A stretch of DNA of 64,000 nt. It comes from Octopus sinensis (lineage: Eukaryota). The translations under genes were made by a program, and so were the position numbers. Positions 38,754 to 53,405 of the stretch are shown piece after piece. The notes beneath the pieces are model-generated. The model was not told where the DNA came from and searched no databases. It worked only from the letters and a program-made list of their open reading frames with translations. How positions within the stretch are numbered: position 1 is the first letter of the stretch; each line of letters opens with the position of its first letter. The stretch spans positions 173,352,001 to 173,416,000 of the forward strand of contig NC_042999.1 in the NCBI RefSeq assembly GCF_006345805.1, given 5' to 3'.

Positions 38754-39824
38754 AATATATATATATATTATATATATATATATATACGTAAATAAATAAA
38801 TAAATATATATATATAAACATGTATATGTAATATATATTATATATATATATATATATGTATATATTCATATATGCGTACCAATAAAAATGCACGCATACA
38901 TACGTAAATACTCCATACTTCGGAGTTGAAAATTAAAAAAAACGTTTCTGAGCAGATGACATGGCAACTGGTAATAGCTTGTTGGAAACCTTAAACTCCA
39001 AGAGAACCTTTGAGATCCAATGTATTTAAGTGGCAGTTATTTCCGTGAGAGTGAGTAAAACTCAGTAATAATTCATAAACCCGAATACGTGATGCGTGTT
39101 TGCTTCATTTATAATTCAAAATACATCATGCTTAGTAACAATGAATAATTCTCAACTACAATGTATATCGTCTCGAAACACGATAAGAACCTTGCTTGTA
39201 TGAACTTCACACTCTAGCATTCTTATGTACATAGTAGAATGTTACATGAATCTGAGCTAAGGTCCTTCAGAAACCAAATATACAAGGTCATAACTAAATT
39301 TCTATCCAAATCTCTAAAGAGACATTTATGCGTGTAGAATCACATTTTCTATCAATTTTCCTTTAACCGGATGTACATTTTATACATGGAGTTGCTATAT
39401 ATCCTTACATACTCAACGGATACTATTTCTGTAGTCAAGTAATTACCATAAAAAGAACATATTCAGGAAAAAGTGAATTTACTGGTTGAAAACGCCTCCT
39501 TCAATTAAAGATGAAATATATTTCTATATATTTCCCAAGTTTAAGAGCAGTTTCTAAATCTTCTTCAATACAATAATTGGATTTGTAATGGAGTTTTAAG
39601 GTGTTTCGTTCATCAAACTATAGGGAGGATACCCATGGACAATTATAGTTGCCTCTATTAGCAATTATATTTCCATAATGTCTTATGCCAGCATCTTTAT
39701 GAAATCAGGTACCAATATTTACAATTTCATTCGTTCGATTCCAGGCAGTGACCTGAATAATAATAACAATAAAAGCATCGAAAAATATCTAGGGACTTCG
39801 AACCCGGGTTCGAAATTTCCCCAA

Positions 39825-39870
39825 GACACCTGATGAAGGCTGGAGGGTATATCATCCGAAACGTTTTGTT
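39825..39870 (+). ncRNA. Minimal (PLE-type) hammerhead ribozyme, slightly decayed
   Basis: GACAC-CTGATGA-A-GGCTG...CATCC-GAAA-CG-TT-TTGTT; intact core, palindromic ACGT stem III, one mismatch each in stems I and II. Confidence 0.7.
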
Positions 39871-41091
39871 AACAAGAAACAAGATAAGGACAAATATCCG
39901 TCAAATGTAAATAATTGGTTTGAAATGTTGGCGCAAGGCAATCAATTACGGGTGAACCGGGATGGTTGATTACATCAACCCTAGTTGATTCTATTGACTT
40001 TGAAATGATGGAAGAGAAAATCAACCTTGGTGGAATTTACAATTCCATATATTAATACGCATAAACGTAGAGCTACCAATCTTGAAACAGAATAGAGTGA
40101 TCAATATTTACCTCCCTGTACTTATTTTATAGACGTCAGAGTTCGTAAACTTACTTTTCGTATGAACCCAAAGAGGACTTATGAATTTACATAAACCTGA
40201 GTTAAGGAGTTGCTAGCAAGTACAGGGAAAATTCAATTTTACATGAAATATAAAATGTTATGCCATATCATTATGGTATGTTGATTATCGCATGATTTAA
40301 TAACATCGGTGACGCACGTCAATGCCTCTTCGATTTGATTCAATTCTATATTTCGCCAAGAAAACAACCTCAAAATACAAGTAAAATCCTTTTTCTTTTA
40401 TTTTTTACTGATACCAAAAGACTAGTTGTGTTTTTTTCTCACGAGTTGTTTTAAATAAAATATTACTACTCTGCACCTAATTTTCTATCAATCAAATCAT
40501 TCTGGAGTTTATACTTACATAAAATTATTTCGTAGTTTTTTTTTTATCATATTTATTTTTTCTATGTTAATTTTTCACATATTCTTTCACGCTTTAAACC
40601 AAATGTGCCCATGTACCGGACACCCATTCTTTTCCTTCAACCGTTTTTTCTTATTTCCCTCCATCTCCTTTTCCTCTTTCTCTCTTGCTCAGTATTACCT
40701 TTTTTCGTTTTTTTCTCAACTTCCTCATTCGTCACGAGTTACTGTTCAACCTTCTCTGTTCATGTTGAAATACATTTATCTAAATGCTTTTGACAAGCTT
40801 ATTTTCCTTTTAACAATACTGAGATTTGTTCAAAAAGATCCTTTATTCTAATCGTTTTGATCGATATATTTGGTTGCCTTCAAATATATTTCTGTTGCAC
40901 CATTTTCTACATTATCATTCCATGGTCGAAACGTGAAACTCGATGAAAATATTTTTGAAATAATGCTCTGTGTGAAATTGTGGATTTTACGTTTGACAAT
41001 AAATCAATGAAAATGTAAAATAATTAACTATTTGCTATATTTCTCAATATCATAAAAATAATCTAAAGTATAATATATATATATATATATT

Positions 41092-41213
41092 ATATAGAGG
41101 GCATTATTATACATAAATGCCTCACGCTAAGAGGGACATAAGTCATTACTACCAACATTTTACTAATCGTACCCAATGCAGTTTTCGAAGCAAGACATTT
41201 AAAAAATGAATTT
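41092..41213 (-). repeat. Family A fragment starting just 3' of the hammerhead
   Basis: Matches 15205-15326 (TAGAGGGCATTATT...AAGACATTTAAAAAATGAATTT); abuts (TA)n. Confidence 0.85.
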
Positions 41214-41218
41214 ATGAA

Positions 41219-41497
41219 TACCTCGCTCAGAGATTTATTATTGCTATATATATATATATATAGCAATAATAAATCTCTGAGCGAGGTACAAACAGTAGCT
41301 GCACGACATCGTAAAGTATATATAACTCTTAAGAGTGGATGCTACTGTAGCTTGTAGCCCCAGGAGGACACCTCCTCCAGCTGGCTAGTGTATCATACAG
41401 GCTGAAGACGGGAATGATGGCTTCGCTTTGCAATAGCCAGCTGGAGGAGTGTCTTCCTGGGGCTACAAGCTACAGTAGCATCCACCTTTAAGGGTTA
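41219..41497. repeat. Two adjacent foldbacks
   Basis: TACCTCGCTCAGAGATTTATTATTGC / GCAATAATAAATCTCTGAGCGAGGTA perfect arms around (TA)n (41219-41289); ~63-bp arms 41324-41388 / 41434-41497 around a spacer containing CTGAAGA. Confidence 0.85.
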
Positions 41498-41550
41498 GCC
41501 ACATTTAAGTAACAAATTATACATCACGACATATATATATATATATACAC

Positions 41551-41582
<32 letters not shown>

Positions 41583-42582
41583 TATGATATTTTACGGAAT
41601 CACAGTCCTGTTCCTATGAATTAAGTCTGAAGAGGGGCAGTCAGAGTAGTCATCATGTAAAATAAGATAAATTTTATGTACATTTATTTGTATAATATAC
41701 ATTAGTTTCATTAAGGACACGTCGATCGAAGAGTCAGTGAACGTTGTACAATTCAAACTTTCTATATTTAGCGTACTTTCTAGTAGATAATGCATCAATA
41801 ACAGTGGGTTTAGATATACATAGAAAAATTAATACATTTATTTTAAAACATACATCAAGAACACACCTTTAGGCCATAATCTTTCATTCAATTTACGTTA
41901 GGAAAGTCATAATCCAGATATATTATATACAGAAATAAAATACTTACGATAAAGTAATATTACAAAGAAAATAATAACTATTAATATAAGATATGCTCAT
42001 AGTTTTTAATATACGAATATATATATATATATATGTATATTATATACACATATAATACATATATCCATATATACATACATGCATACGCACACATACAACC
42101 ACACATATGTACATATATGCGTGTTTATATATTTATATATGTAAACAGGTATATTACTCTTTGACAGTGACTTGGAAGTGTCCGACCGCTAACATTCATT
42201 GAACTGTCAATGTTTTCGAAATCACTGTCAACGCAATTTCGGTAAATGCGTAAACGAAAACATATGTACTTTACAAAAGTAGTGAGTAATCCTTCAGTAT
42301 AATATAAAATTATTTTTATTATAATTCGAGTTCAAAACAAACATGTATATGTGTATATGTGTGTGTATGTATGTATATATATATATATATATAATATATA
42401 TATACATATATATATACATATATACATATATATACATACATACATATATATACATACATACATATAATTATATATATATATATCTATATATATATATATT
42501 TATATATATATATGTATATTATATACACATATATTTACATATATATATATATACACATATATTTACATATATATATATATAC

Positions 42583-42615
<33 letters not shown>

Positions 42616-42616
42616 A

Positions 42617-42657
<41 letters not shown>

Positions 42658-43091
42658 ATGGGTGTGTGTGTGTATGTGTATGTGTTTGTGTGTGTGTGTG
42701 TGTGTATGTATGTACCTTAGCATTTATGTACCCATGTATGTATGCTGCATCTGTTCAAGTGTGAATTATCCTGTATTTTGTGTGTTTTGAATTATATTAA
42801 ATATTGAAATAGAATATCTACGTGAAAATAGTACTACAAAAGAAATATATACGCGTATATTATATTTAATACGCTTTTGTCCGTACTTATGTGTATATAT
42901 GAATGGTCTGTGTGAGTGTGTTTGCGTGCGTCTGTGTATACCTGTGCGTCCGTGTGTAGAGACAGAGTAGTGTGTATTTCTCTCAAAACGTGAATTTAAA
43001 TGTGTATGTAAATATGTATGTATATATACAGATGTATATATCTATATGTATATGTTTACACACACACACACACTATATATATATATATATT

Positions 43092-43124
<33 letters not shown>

Positions 43125-43333
43125 CGTATGTGTGTTTTATACACATATATTTAATATATATATACGTATGTATATATATATATATATATGCATGTATTTA
43201 TATATATATATGTATATGTATATGTGTATATATATATATATATAATATATATATATATATATAACGGGAAGCTTTATGAAAATAAACAAAAGACGAAGGC
43301 AGGTGGAAAACAAACGAACAATTGTATTAGTAT

Positions 43334-43383
<50 letters not shown>

Positions 43384-43859
43384 TGCCTTCGTATGTTGTT
43401 CAGCCGTGCCTGTTAATGTATACATCGTCTTTTTTATTGTATGCGTATATTGAAATAGATTTCATCCGATATCAACTTTTATGATATAATCCGTTTTGCT
43501 GTCACAGAAGACACTTGATGTCTCTCATTGGACACCATCGAAGCGTTATTTTGCAAATGTACAATACAAAACTCTTATGATAATTCTGAATATGTGTACT
43601 TGTATATGTGAGTCTGCGTTTATACCTATATATGTAGGAGTGTATGTATGCTCGATTTGTTAAAAATGTATATTTTTTTCTCTGCCAATCGTATTTTTTT
43701 TCATGTGATATTTATTGTTTGCTCTAGGTAAGTATGAAGCTTATTATATATCGGAATAACAGACATATCCATAAACATACATGCTGAAGCACATAAACAT
43801 AAGTGTGGCAGTGTGTGTATATCTGTGTTTATATAGATATAAGTATCTCCTAAACGTAC

Positions 43860-43897
<38 letters not shown>

Positions 43898-45982
43898 ATG
43901 TAGATGCACAGGCACACATATATAGCAGACACACTTATAAGTATATAATGCTTTGTGCACATATATGTGTGTTTGTGTGTTTGTGACTCTGCGTCTTTGT
44001 GCGTGTGTCTCTGTGTTTCACTATGTGTGTGTGTGTGTATCTGTGTGTATGTTTGTGTATGTGAAAGCGTGTGTGTATATACATAGGGTGTTATATGTGT
44101 AACTAAGAATATATGTCTCTTTCTGTTGCTGTAGTTTAAATTATTTTAACATTTGGAATGTTTACTTTGTTGGCGTATATTAAAAAAAACAAAAAACTAT
44201 ATATTGCTTTCAAGTTTATTTTCAATATTTCTCAGTCCTGCACAAAACACGAAAAGAAGAAAGAAAGGATTACCAGTTAAATTGAGTAAATAAATTTTTA
44301 ATGTAATTTATATCATACTTAAAAACTGAATCGTTGATAAATTCTAATAAAATGTCTCTGTTATGGTTGCTGAAAGTTAGAAGATGATGAGGCTGCCAGC
44401 ATAATAGATGAAGTCAAGCAATATTGAAAACCACGATCTACATACATATACAGAAGTAAAAGTTGTTCTCAGCTATATTTTTCTATTTGCTCTAGTTATA
44501 GGAGTCTCCATCGACAGGGCCACTAAATAAGTATTGAATTATATATATTTTTTTTAAATCAACAAATTCTGTGATATAGAACTCTAGTATGATAGTGAAT
44601 GGACTGATATTGCCATATGAGATGTAAGAATTCGATTTTTGATAACAATTTATAATGCAATAAACGAAATATTCTATAGGGATGGATTCACATTTTGTCA
44701 GATGACAATTTAATATTTAAATGTGACTGAACGAAAGGAGTACAGAAAATGAGTAGAAGGTCATATCAAAGACTTCATTATTATTAATTTATTCTTCCTA
44801 TGTTTAGTGTTCAGATAGTATCAGAAATGGCTTTGTTTACCACTCAAAATTACTTGAATCATATACAACCAACATACAGCACGTGAGAATACTAGATTCG
44901 TAATTCATCAAAGCAAAGAGAATATTCGGCTTGTATCTCATCAAAAGAAAATCCTGATAATTTTGATTTGTAACAAAAACGTATGGTCTAATACTGTGCG
45001 GGAGTATATAAGTCAATAACAGAGTAAAGTACGTGATGTAGAAAGACATAAGACAAAGAAAACATAGATAAAGTAAGTACCGTTAGGTATTTTCTTTGAC
45101 CCTCGATCGATTCTGCAAAAATCAAAAATGTACAGAATTTAGCAGAGGGCACGAGAATCGTGCATAACGAACGAAGATTCTATTAGATAGATATTAGTAC
45201 TTAACTGGCTCTTAATTTATCGCCCCCTGACTGATACATGACAAACTTTAATACAATCGAAACTTAATAAAAAATTTAAAGGACTACATATAAATACAGA
45301 ACACAGAATATCTAAGTTAGTCAAGTACTACAAGTATTCTACCGCCCATCACTGTCCTTTATTTACGCAAAACCTTATGTTGGTAAATATAGGTCGAGTG
45401 CATATCAATATGTTGACAATACTTACAACGATGTATTATTTCTTTGCAAATAGCTACAAAAGGCTTCTTGTCATACCTTCAAGTATTTTCTCTTGTTTGA
45501 GACTTTGTTTAGATTTACATGGAGTATTAGAGGTTTGTGGCAGTTTGCATAACGAAAAGAATATATGGGCAGTGTATATTCATTAACCAGACAAATATCC
45601 CTTTCATATAACTTTCATATCACCTTTTCATATCACTGATACAGTGTATTTTTTATCGCCTAAAAGCTGAACTCCCTGTGTCTTAGTGAATCTAAACATA
45701 AATTCTAGTACAGATATTTTGTAGAAATGGCAGGAAAACATTACGATAACTGAATGAGTCGTACAAGAGTATACAAGGCAAATTATAGTTCTTTTCTATG
45801 GCTGCATTAGGCATCAGGAAAGCAATAATTTCCCCATATACACACCTTAGAAGACACAAAATTTATTAGATGATAAGGCGCTGAAATGCCCCGACCTGTT
45901 CTATTGCTTAATTCCTTAGTAACTAACATCAGTAATAATAATGATGATAATAATAATGATAATAATAATAATAATAATAATA

Positions 45983-46020
<38 letters not shown>

Positions 46021-46023
<3 letters not shown>

Positions 46024-48561
46024 GAAGTCACTGCAGCACCAACGGCAGAAGAATTGGAAGAATTCTGGAGAGAAATATGGTCGGCGAACGAACAACCAAA
46101 AAAAAGGAGTATCAAAATAACAAACTCGGCATCTGAACAACTTTGGACCCCCATAACAACTGAAGAGGTCACCCAGGCACTGCAAAGACTAAGCAACTGG
46201 AAGGCACTCGGGCATGACAAGATCCCCAACTTCTGGTTGAAATATCTAACAGGAAGGCACAAAAAGCTGGCTGAAAACTTTAATAACATGCTAGCAGAGC
46301 CAGAGACAATGCCTATATGGCTCACGAAGGGGAAAACCATCTTAATTCCCAAATCAAAGGAAACAGAAAAACCAGAAAACTACAGACCAATAACCTGCCC
46401 CCTTACTAAGTTCAAGGCATTTACTGCAGTGATATCGCAAAGGTTGAACAAGCACCTGGACGAAAACAAACTGTTCCCAGAAGAGCAGAAAGGATGCCGC
46501 AAAGGCTCATATGGCTGTAAAGATCAACTAATGATCAATAAAGCCATAACTGAAGACAGCCACAGAAAGAAGAAAGGCCTCAGTATGGCCTGGATTGACT
46601 ACAAAAAGGCGTTTGATAGCATCCCCCACACATGGATCCTCGAAACACTAGCCATTATCAAAGTAGCACCAACAATCATAAAATTCATAGGACACTCTAT
46701 GAATAAATGGCAAACAGTCCTACACCTCCAAACAAAAGAGGGACTCATGAAAACCAAAGACATCCCCATTAAAAGAGGAATATTCCAGGGAGACACGCTC
46801 TCTCCACTCCTTTTCTGCTTGGCACTGTCACCTCTATCTGATATACTAAATAGAACTGGATGTGGATATAAATGCTACGGCAAAACGATCAGCCACCTTT
46901 TATATATAGATGACCTAAAACTATACGCTGCAAATGACAACCAGCTGGAAACACTATTAAAGACAGTTCATGGATTTACCAAAGAAATAGATATGAAATT
47001 TGGATTAGAAAAATGCGCCAAAGTAACCATGAAAAGAGGAAACTAGTTAAGAGTAGCAACATCACACTAGATAAAACCAATGAAATAAAAGAATTAGACC
47101 AAAGCCAAACTTACAAATACTTAGGAATCCATGAACTAGATAAGACACAACACACACAAATGAAAGAGAAAATAAAAAAAGAATATTATAGACGAGTTTG
47201 ATCAATACTAAAAACAGAGCTCAGTGCTAAAAACAAGATAATAGGTATCAACACTTTAGCTGTCCCAGTTATAAGTTACAGCTACAATATCCTTAACTGG
47301 ACACGAAATGAACTGACCAAAATAGATAGGAAAACAAGAAGAATAATGACAGAATCAAGGATGCATCACCCAAAATCTGACATAGAAAGACTATATATAC
47401 AACGTATAGAAGGTGGAAGAGGCCTTATACAGCTGGAAAACTACTATAAAATAACCACCATAGGACTGCAAAAATATCTACTTCAGAAGGAAGGAAAACT
47501 GACACAAATAGCGGCAAAACACGAGCAAAACAAAAAACTGTTCTCAGTATTTAAGGAAGCTGACAAATACAAACAAGAAATCATACCACCTAATAAATAT
47601 GAAGAAGAAGAAGAAGAAGAAGATGAAGAAACAACAAAAGCTATAAAACAAATGAAATCCAAACTAAAAATAGAACAGCAACGAACCATGATAAAACGAT
47701 GGCAAGAAAAGCCCCTTCATGGTAAATACTGGACTAAACTAAACGCAAAAGAAATAGACAAAGAAAAATCCCAGCAATGGTTGAGAAGCTCAGGACTCAA
47801 AGCAGAAACAGAGGGATTTTTAATTGCAGCACAAGACCAAAGCCTCCCCACCAGAAATTACCAAAAACATGTATTGAAAAGAAATATTACAAGTAACTGC
47901 AGAATATGTGGAGATGGACAAGAAACAATAAATCATTTTATCTCTAGCTGCCCAGTCCTGGCTAAGAAGGAATATATTCACAGACATGACAGAGTTGGAA
48001 CCTACATACATTGGAAGCTATGCCAACATTATGGAATAACAACAGAAAAAAGATGGTATAGGCACACACCAGAAAAGGTCACAGAAAACGAGAAAGCAAC
48101 CATACTCTGGGATATGCCGATATACACAGATAGAGAAATTAAGGCCAACTGACCAGATATAGTTGTCAGAGATCATGAAGACAAAAATGCTTTCTAATTG
48201 ATGTATCAATACCGGCAGATGACAACGTATCTCTAAAAGAAATGGAGAAAATCTCAAAATACAAAGACCTGGAAATAGAGGTAACTAGAATGTGGAATCT
48301 GAAAACAGAAACAATTCTTATCATAGTAGGTGCATTAGGCATGATAAAAAAAATATTCAGACAAATACATAAGAAAAACACCAGGACTTACAAACACATA
48401 TAACATACAGAAAATTGCACTACTAGGCACTGCACACATCCTACGCAGAACACTTTCCATACAATAACCATCAGAGTATCACAACAAATCACAGCACATA
48501 CCTAAGGCACACAGAGCTGCGCTCGGTAGTGAAGTGAAAGCACGCTGTAAAAATAAAACTA

Positions 48562-48565
<4 letters not shown>
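46021..48565 (+). mobile_element. R4/Dong-clade RLE non-LTR retrotransposon, 5'-truncated, inserted in (TAA)n
   Basis: RT motifs NYRPITC, EQKGCR, WIDYKKAFDSIPH, RGIFQGDTLSPLLF, HLLYIDDLKL; CCHC knuckle CRICGDGQETINHFISSC; RHD; PD..D endonuclease region and KYKDL; frameshifts near 47040 and 48180, stops at 47199 and 48150; (TAA)n on both flanks (45933-46022, 48565-48723). Confidence 0.95.
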
Positions 48566-48630
<65 letters not shown>

Positions 48631-48643
48631 GAGGAGGAGGTGG

Positions 48644-48675
<32 letters not shown>

Positions 48676-48678
48676 AAT

Positions 48679-48724
<46 letters not shown>

Positions 48725-50539
48725 CATCAAATGTAACAAGAAAATGGTGAACTACAAATGAAACTGAAAATGTAAGCCATGGTTATCACCGCGATATTAA
48801 ATGATGGCAGCTGGAATTTTGGGTTTTAGTTCGTTGCCTGGCTAAAATGTTTAAGAAAACACCTGATATCACATACTCATTTCAATTTAAATAACTACAA
48901 GTGATATGACACAATATAATTGAGAATTGCAATGTTTACATGGCGAAATCTTGTTTGTGCTCGATAGAACGATGATGCTGCTGAAACGGATTTTTGCATA
49001 ATCGACTGAAACTTAATGGATGTATCAGAATAATGCTACAGGAATTAAACTCATTTAATAATCATATTTGACAATTGTTGTGTTCACTTTTTCACCTCTC
49101 TATTTCAACCACATTGGATTTTAATTGGCCATTGCCTTAGAATAAAGCACTGCATGACTGGTTTGTGCGTTTGAAGGAACATTGGTGAGACGTTTCTAAT
49201 TTGATTACTGTGTTCAGTCTCTAACAATTTTTTCGATGATGTTTTAGAGATATAAATTAGTCAAATTTGATTCTGTTTGAGAAATTTGAGACATGCGAGT
49301 AACAAGGTATTGACAAGAAATGACATTAATGCACAAAACCAGGAATATTATTTGCCATTTTAAATGAAAAGATACTTCGCCTGACATTAAAAAAACCCAA
49401 TTCTTATCTGAAGCCACAATAAAGAACTTAAGAAAAGAAGTGACAATAATACAAAATATATTTTCGTATAAAAACAGAAAGCAAACAATTGCTTCTTTTT
49501 ACTTTTTATATATCTCCTTGTATTAAATATCAAGGTGAGGACGTGATAAACAATTATTCATAGCAACTAAATTATACGTTTTCATTGTCTAAGCTTTCAG
49601 AGAGTGCTGACTGACAGCAGACATTTGGGTTTGCATGCCATTCAAGGTTTGTGAGATCGAATATGTCTATCGTCCACTTGAAATCTTGCAAGCTGTCTGG
49701 TGCAGGAGCGACACTTGCTGCGATGGGAATCCAAAAAGCCAATGTTATGAGATAGAAAAATCTGATATAGTGCCCAATGCGAGCACTCTGGTGAAGTTGA
49801 CACAACGTGGATGGTAATAAGAGAAAATATTTGGGATTTTTAAATATATAAATGACGGTGGCACGATTTCGGTCAGCTCTAAAGAATACAAACATAGAAG
49901 AGAGAGGAAAAAGTAAATGTAAATAGGTAGGAATTGGAATGTGTTGGTGAGTAACTTTAGGCCAATTACTTCCGTAGCTTTAGATGAGCGGTGAATTTAG
50001 TTACCTGGTCTTTCTGAGAGCCTTATCTTCAAACTGAATAATTGTAAATGACATTGTGATATTTAAAGACCTATGTTTTTCGTTGAAGAGAAACCTTACT
50101 ACAAACTGATCACCAATCGGAGTTTAAAATTATAAATTAGATAATAGCTGAAGTAATTATATTCCTCAAATACAATGAAAATATATTTTCGTAGAAAATC
50201 AAGGCACACAATATAATTGAATAAAATATCGAATTACATCGAATCACGTCACGTTATAGCTATGATAAAAAGATGTGTAAAGGATATCAAAAATGATGAT
50301 AGGGATATGAAAAAGATATGAAAATGATGAGAAGGATGTGAAAAGGATATGAAAAATGATGATAGCAGACCAAATTTATATATCTTGAGTGTTAACATAT
50401 ACACGCAGCAAGTAATTTGAAAGAGTCGTATTGATCATGTACATGACTTGTATTTTAATTTACCAGCCACAGAATAATAAATCTCAAGCTATTGTAGTAC
50501 AGTGCCCTTACACTAGACAGGATGGCTGCGATATTTGGA

Positions 50540-52050
50540 AGAGTGCAATGATGCCCAGTTTGGGGACTGGTATATCTCTCGATATCAAAGCTTGGTGCCA
50601 ACACCTCTACGATCTTCCAAATATATATCACTCTATGTTGCTCCCGTCTTCACTCCAGGGATTAAATTCAAAGCAAATTTAGTCTCTCAAAGTAGCTTGG
50701 CTTTTCCATTGATGCAATCTTCCTGGCAAAACACCACTGAGTAACCTCAAGTTAGCAATAAATTTGACATTCTGTGGTGACCGCAGTTGAGAGCAGTAGT
50801 CCAGACGGCTGAGGGCAAATATCCTCTATTGAACCAGCGTCGTTTTTTTAGGTCACTTGTTCCGAAAGTTCTCAAAATCCATCCGGCTATTCGCCTGCAT
50901 ATTGCAACCATTTTGGTGATACGCATGGAAAACAAGGTGTTGTTGTTCATAGCAATCGCCAGATCACGCACTCTACGGGACCTTGGGATTGCCGCTCCTT
51001 TTTAATCCAAAGTATCTTTGTTGTGGTATGTCAGCTAATAGCGGAGGATTTCAAATTTTTCAACATTGAACTGCATTATGTTTTCTTCACCCATTTATAC
51101 GTGGGGCTTAAGTCTTGCTGGAGAAGATTAGCATCGGAAGGTTCCTTGACTACTTGTAATACTTTGTGTCGTCGTAGCTAGTGAGTATGGCTATCTGTGT
51201 ACCTAATGACATGTCTGAAAGATCCACCATAACCAGCAGCAGTCCCAAAACAGTTCCCTGAGGCACTGCATTCATTACTACTACTGTCTCGTTAGAAATA
51301 GCTCCATTGCCTGCCACAGCCTGACTTCTGCCCTCCCTTCTCCGAGTATCTCAAATCTCCGTAGCTTCTGATATAACATCCCAAGAGCAACCTTATCACC
51401 TTTCCAAAATCATGATATATCACATCCACGTTTGAGCAATTCATTAGTTGTTTCAACACCCAGTTATAATGCTGCAGAAGCTGTATAAAGTAGCTTCTTG
51501 AGCGGAAGCCATGATGGATGTCAGGGAGCAAGTCATTATCTTATAGGAACGGGATCCGATTCTTCCTAACAATATGTTTCATGACTTTTCTGATAATGAG
51601 ATTAAAGAGACGGACCTATAATTTTTAGCATCTGCTCCGCTAACTCTTATATATATTTAATATATATTATACCTTCCTTTATTATCCTGGGAAGTCTTCC
51701 CGTATTAAGGAAACTTTAGAAGAGAATCTGTAGTGGTCTTACTAGAACCCCTTTGCATTTCTTTATGAGGATTTCTGAGAAACCATTAGGATCTGTGGCT
51801 GAGTTTAAGCGCATTTCATCAGTGGCTGACATTACATAAGTTTCCTTTATTTCGATGTTATCAATAATTGCCATCTCCTTGTGTATATAAGTGGTCGAAA
51901 AAGACTCATCAAGTTTAGGTATTTGCGAGTCTCCCAACGGAGCTTTGAAATCAATTTTGTATTGCACATTCAGTATTTCACTTATCCTCTGCAGTTCGAA
52001 CAATGGCCCTATCTTTTACCGTAATGAAGCAGATCCTTTTGCAAATCCAT
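50540..52050 (-). mobile_element. Old CR1-type LINE ORF2 remnant
   Basis: SATDPNGFSEILIKKCKGVLVRPLQILF, YRSVSL, HHGFRS...VDVIYHDFGK, VPQGTVLGLLL, DDTK, RRIAGWILRTF. Confidence 0.85.
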
Positions 52051-52084
52051 AGAAAGCTTAAAGATACAAAATTCCAACGTTGGA

Positions 52085-52445
52085 GTACAGATTAAAAAAA
52101 TTAAACTTGAGTAAAGTCTTGCATATTTTTACTGTTCTATTTACAGGTTGTATTTATAATGTGCGAATTAGCTGGATGATTTCTTTTTCTGGGAATTCCA
52201 GCTTATCTAGACTGTCACTAAGGCATTTACTCACCAGAGCTATGTGAATTATTGTTATTAATGTGAATTTGTCATCTGGATATAACAGCTTATGTTTCAA
52301 AGAAGTTGTCCATATTTATCCTCTTGCTTTTTTGATATTGGAAGAGATATACACATTAGCAGAGCACCCGTCCTCTATAACGGTATATACATCTTCTCGT
52401 CGATCCTAAACAACAATATCCGGCCTGTTATGTTTATACTTGTCA
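52085..52445 (-). mobile_element. RLE LINE endonuclease C-terminal remnant
   Basis: KYKHNRPDIVV.DR...VIE.GCSA...KYGQLL...LYPD.KF...RTVKICKTLLKF, a PD-(D/E)xK-type RLE C-terminus. Confidence 0.7.
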
Positions 52446-53161
52446 TTCATGTATGTATGTTTTGCTTAAAATGCATCGATGGGAATGTAATAATTCTCAT
52501 GTGCAATTGAAAAAATCTTTTCAAGAAATTTTAGCAAAATGTTCAATAAATGCGAATAGAATATACTTACATGGCAATAGGAGCCATAATTTCATACAAT
52601 ATAATGTAAAAGGATCGTCACTCAAAAAACTCACAGTTTACATATTATGATAAAATAAATATATATTTTCCTCGCGGTTGTAAACAAGTGTGACACTTAC
52701 AGCCAAATGCATATAAGACTTACTTGTTTTTATACATTGCATTCATCATTCATCACCATTGCTCCGATTTAATAAAACGATATTCAAATTTGTTGACATT
52801 TTTATACAGGTCACTCTAGAATATGCATCTACATCTTTCCTATATTTTTTCTTGTGACATTTTGTCAATGCTGAACACACACTTCGCAAAAGTTAATTGT
52901 AATTTTGTATTCGTGAATCTTCCTGTCCATACATGTACCCACAGTAGATATCTATCAGTGACTCATTCTCACAACTGTGGTTTGCTCGTTTGCTATTTTC
53001 CTGATACATGAGAAAAAAATATTCTCACATAAACATCTACAATCTTCAAAACATGTGCTCCACCATATTGTACACAAAGGTTTATATATATATGTTGATT
53101 CGTTAGCTACTGCAGGCATTTTTTTTCTCTCCTTCTTTCTGTGTTTTTTTCTCTCTGTGTA

Positions 53162-53199
53162 TCTTTCTGTTGAAGAGCGTAGGCTCGAAACGTTAAAGA
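53162..53199 (+). ncRNA. Minimal hammerhead-like motif, family B (CUGUUGA core)
   Basis: Stem I TCTTT/AAAGA; CTGTTGA-A; stem II GAGC-gtag-GCTC; GAAA; ACGT palindrome; U17; a ~100-nt tail runs into (TA)n at 53299. Confidence 0.6.
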
Positions 53200-53333
53200 C
53201 GTGTTTTATTTATATTTCCTGAGCGCCATACTAATACAATTGTTCGTTTGTTTTCCATCTGCCTTCGTCTTTTGTCTATTTTCATAAAGCTTCCCGTTAT
53301 ATATATATATATTATATATATATATATATATTA

Positions 53334-53405
<72 letters not shown>

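Noticed and set aside
49591-49813. Cys-containing exon-like block (TTTCAG..GTAA), faintly EGF-like
   Set aside because: No open frame through the block and Cys spacing not consistent.
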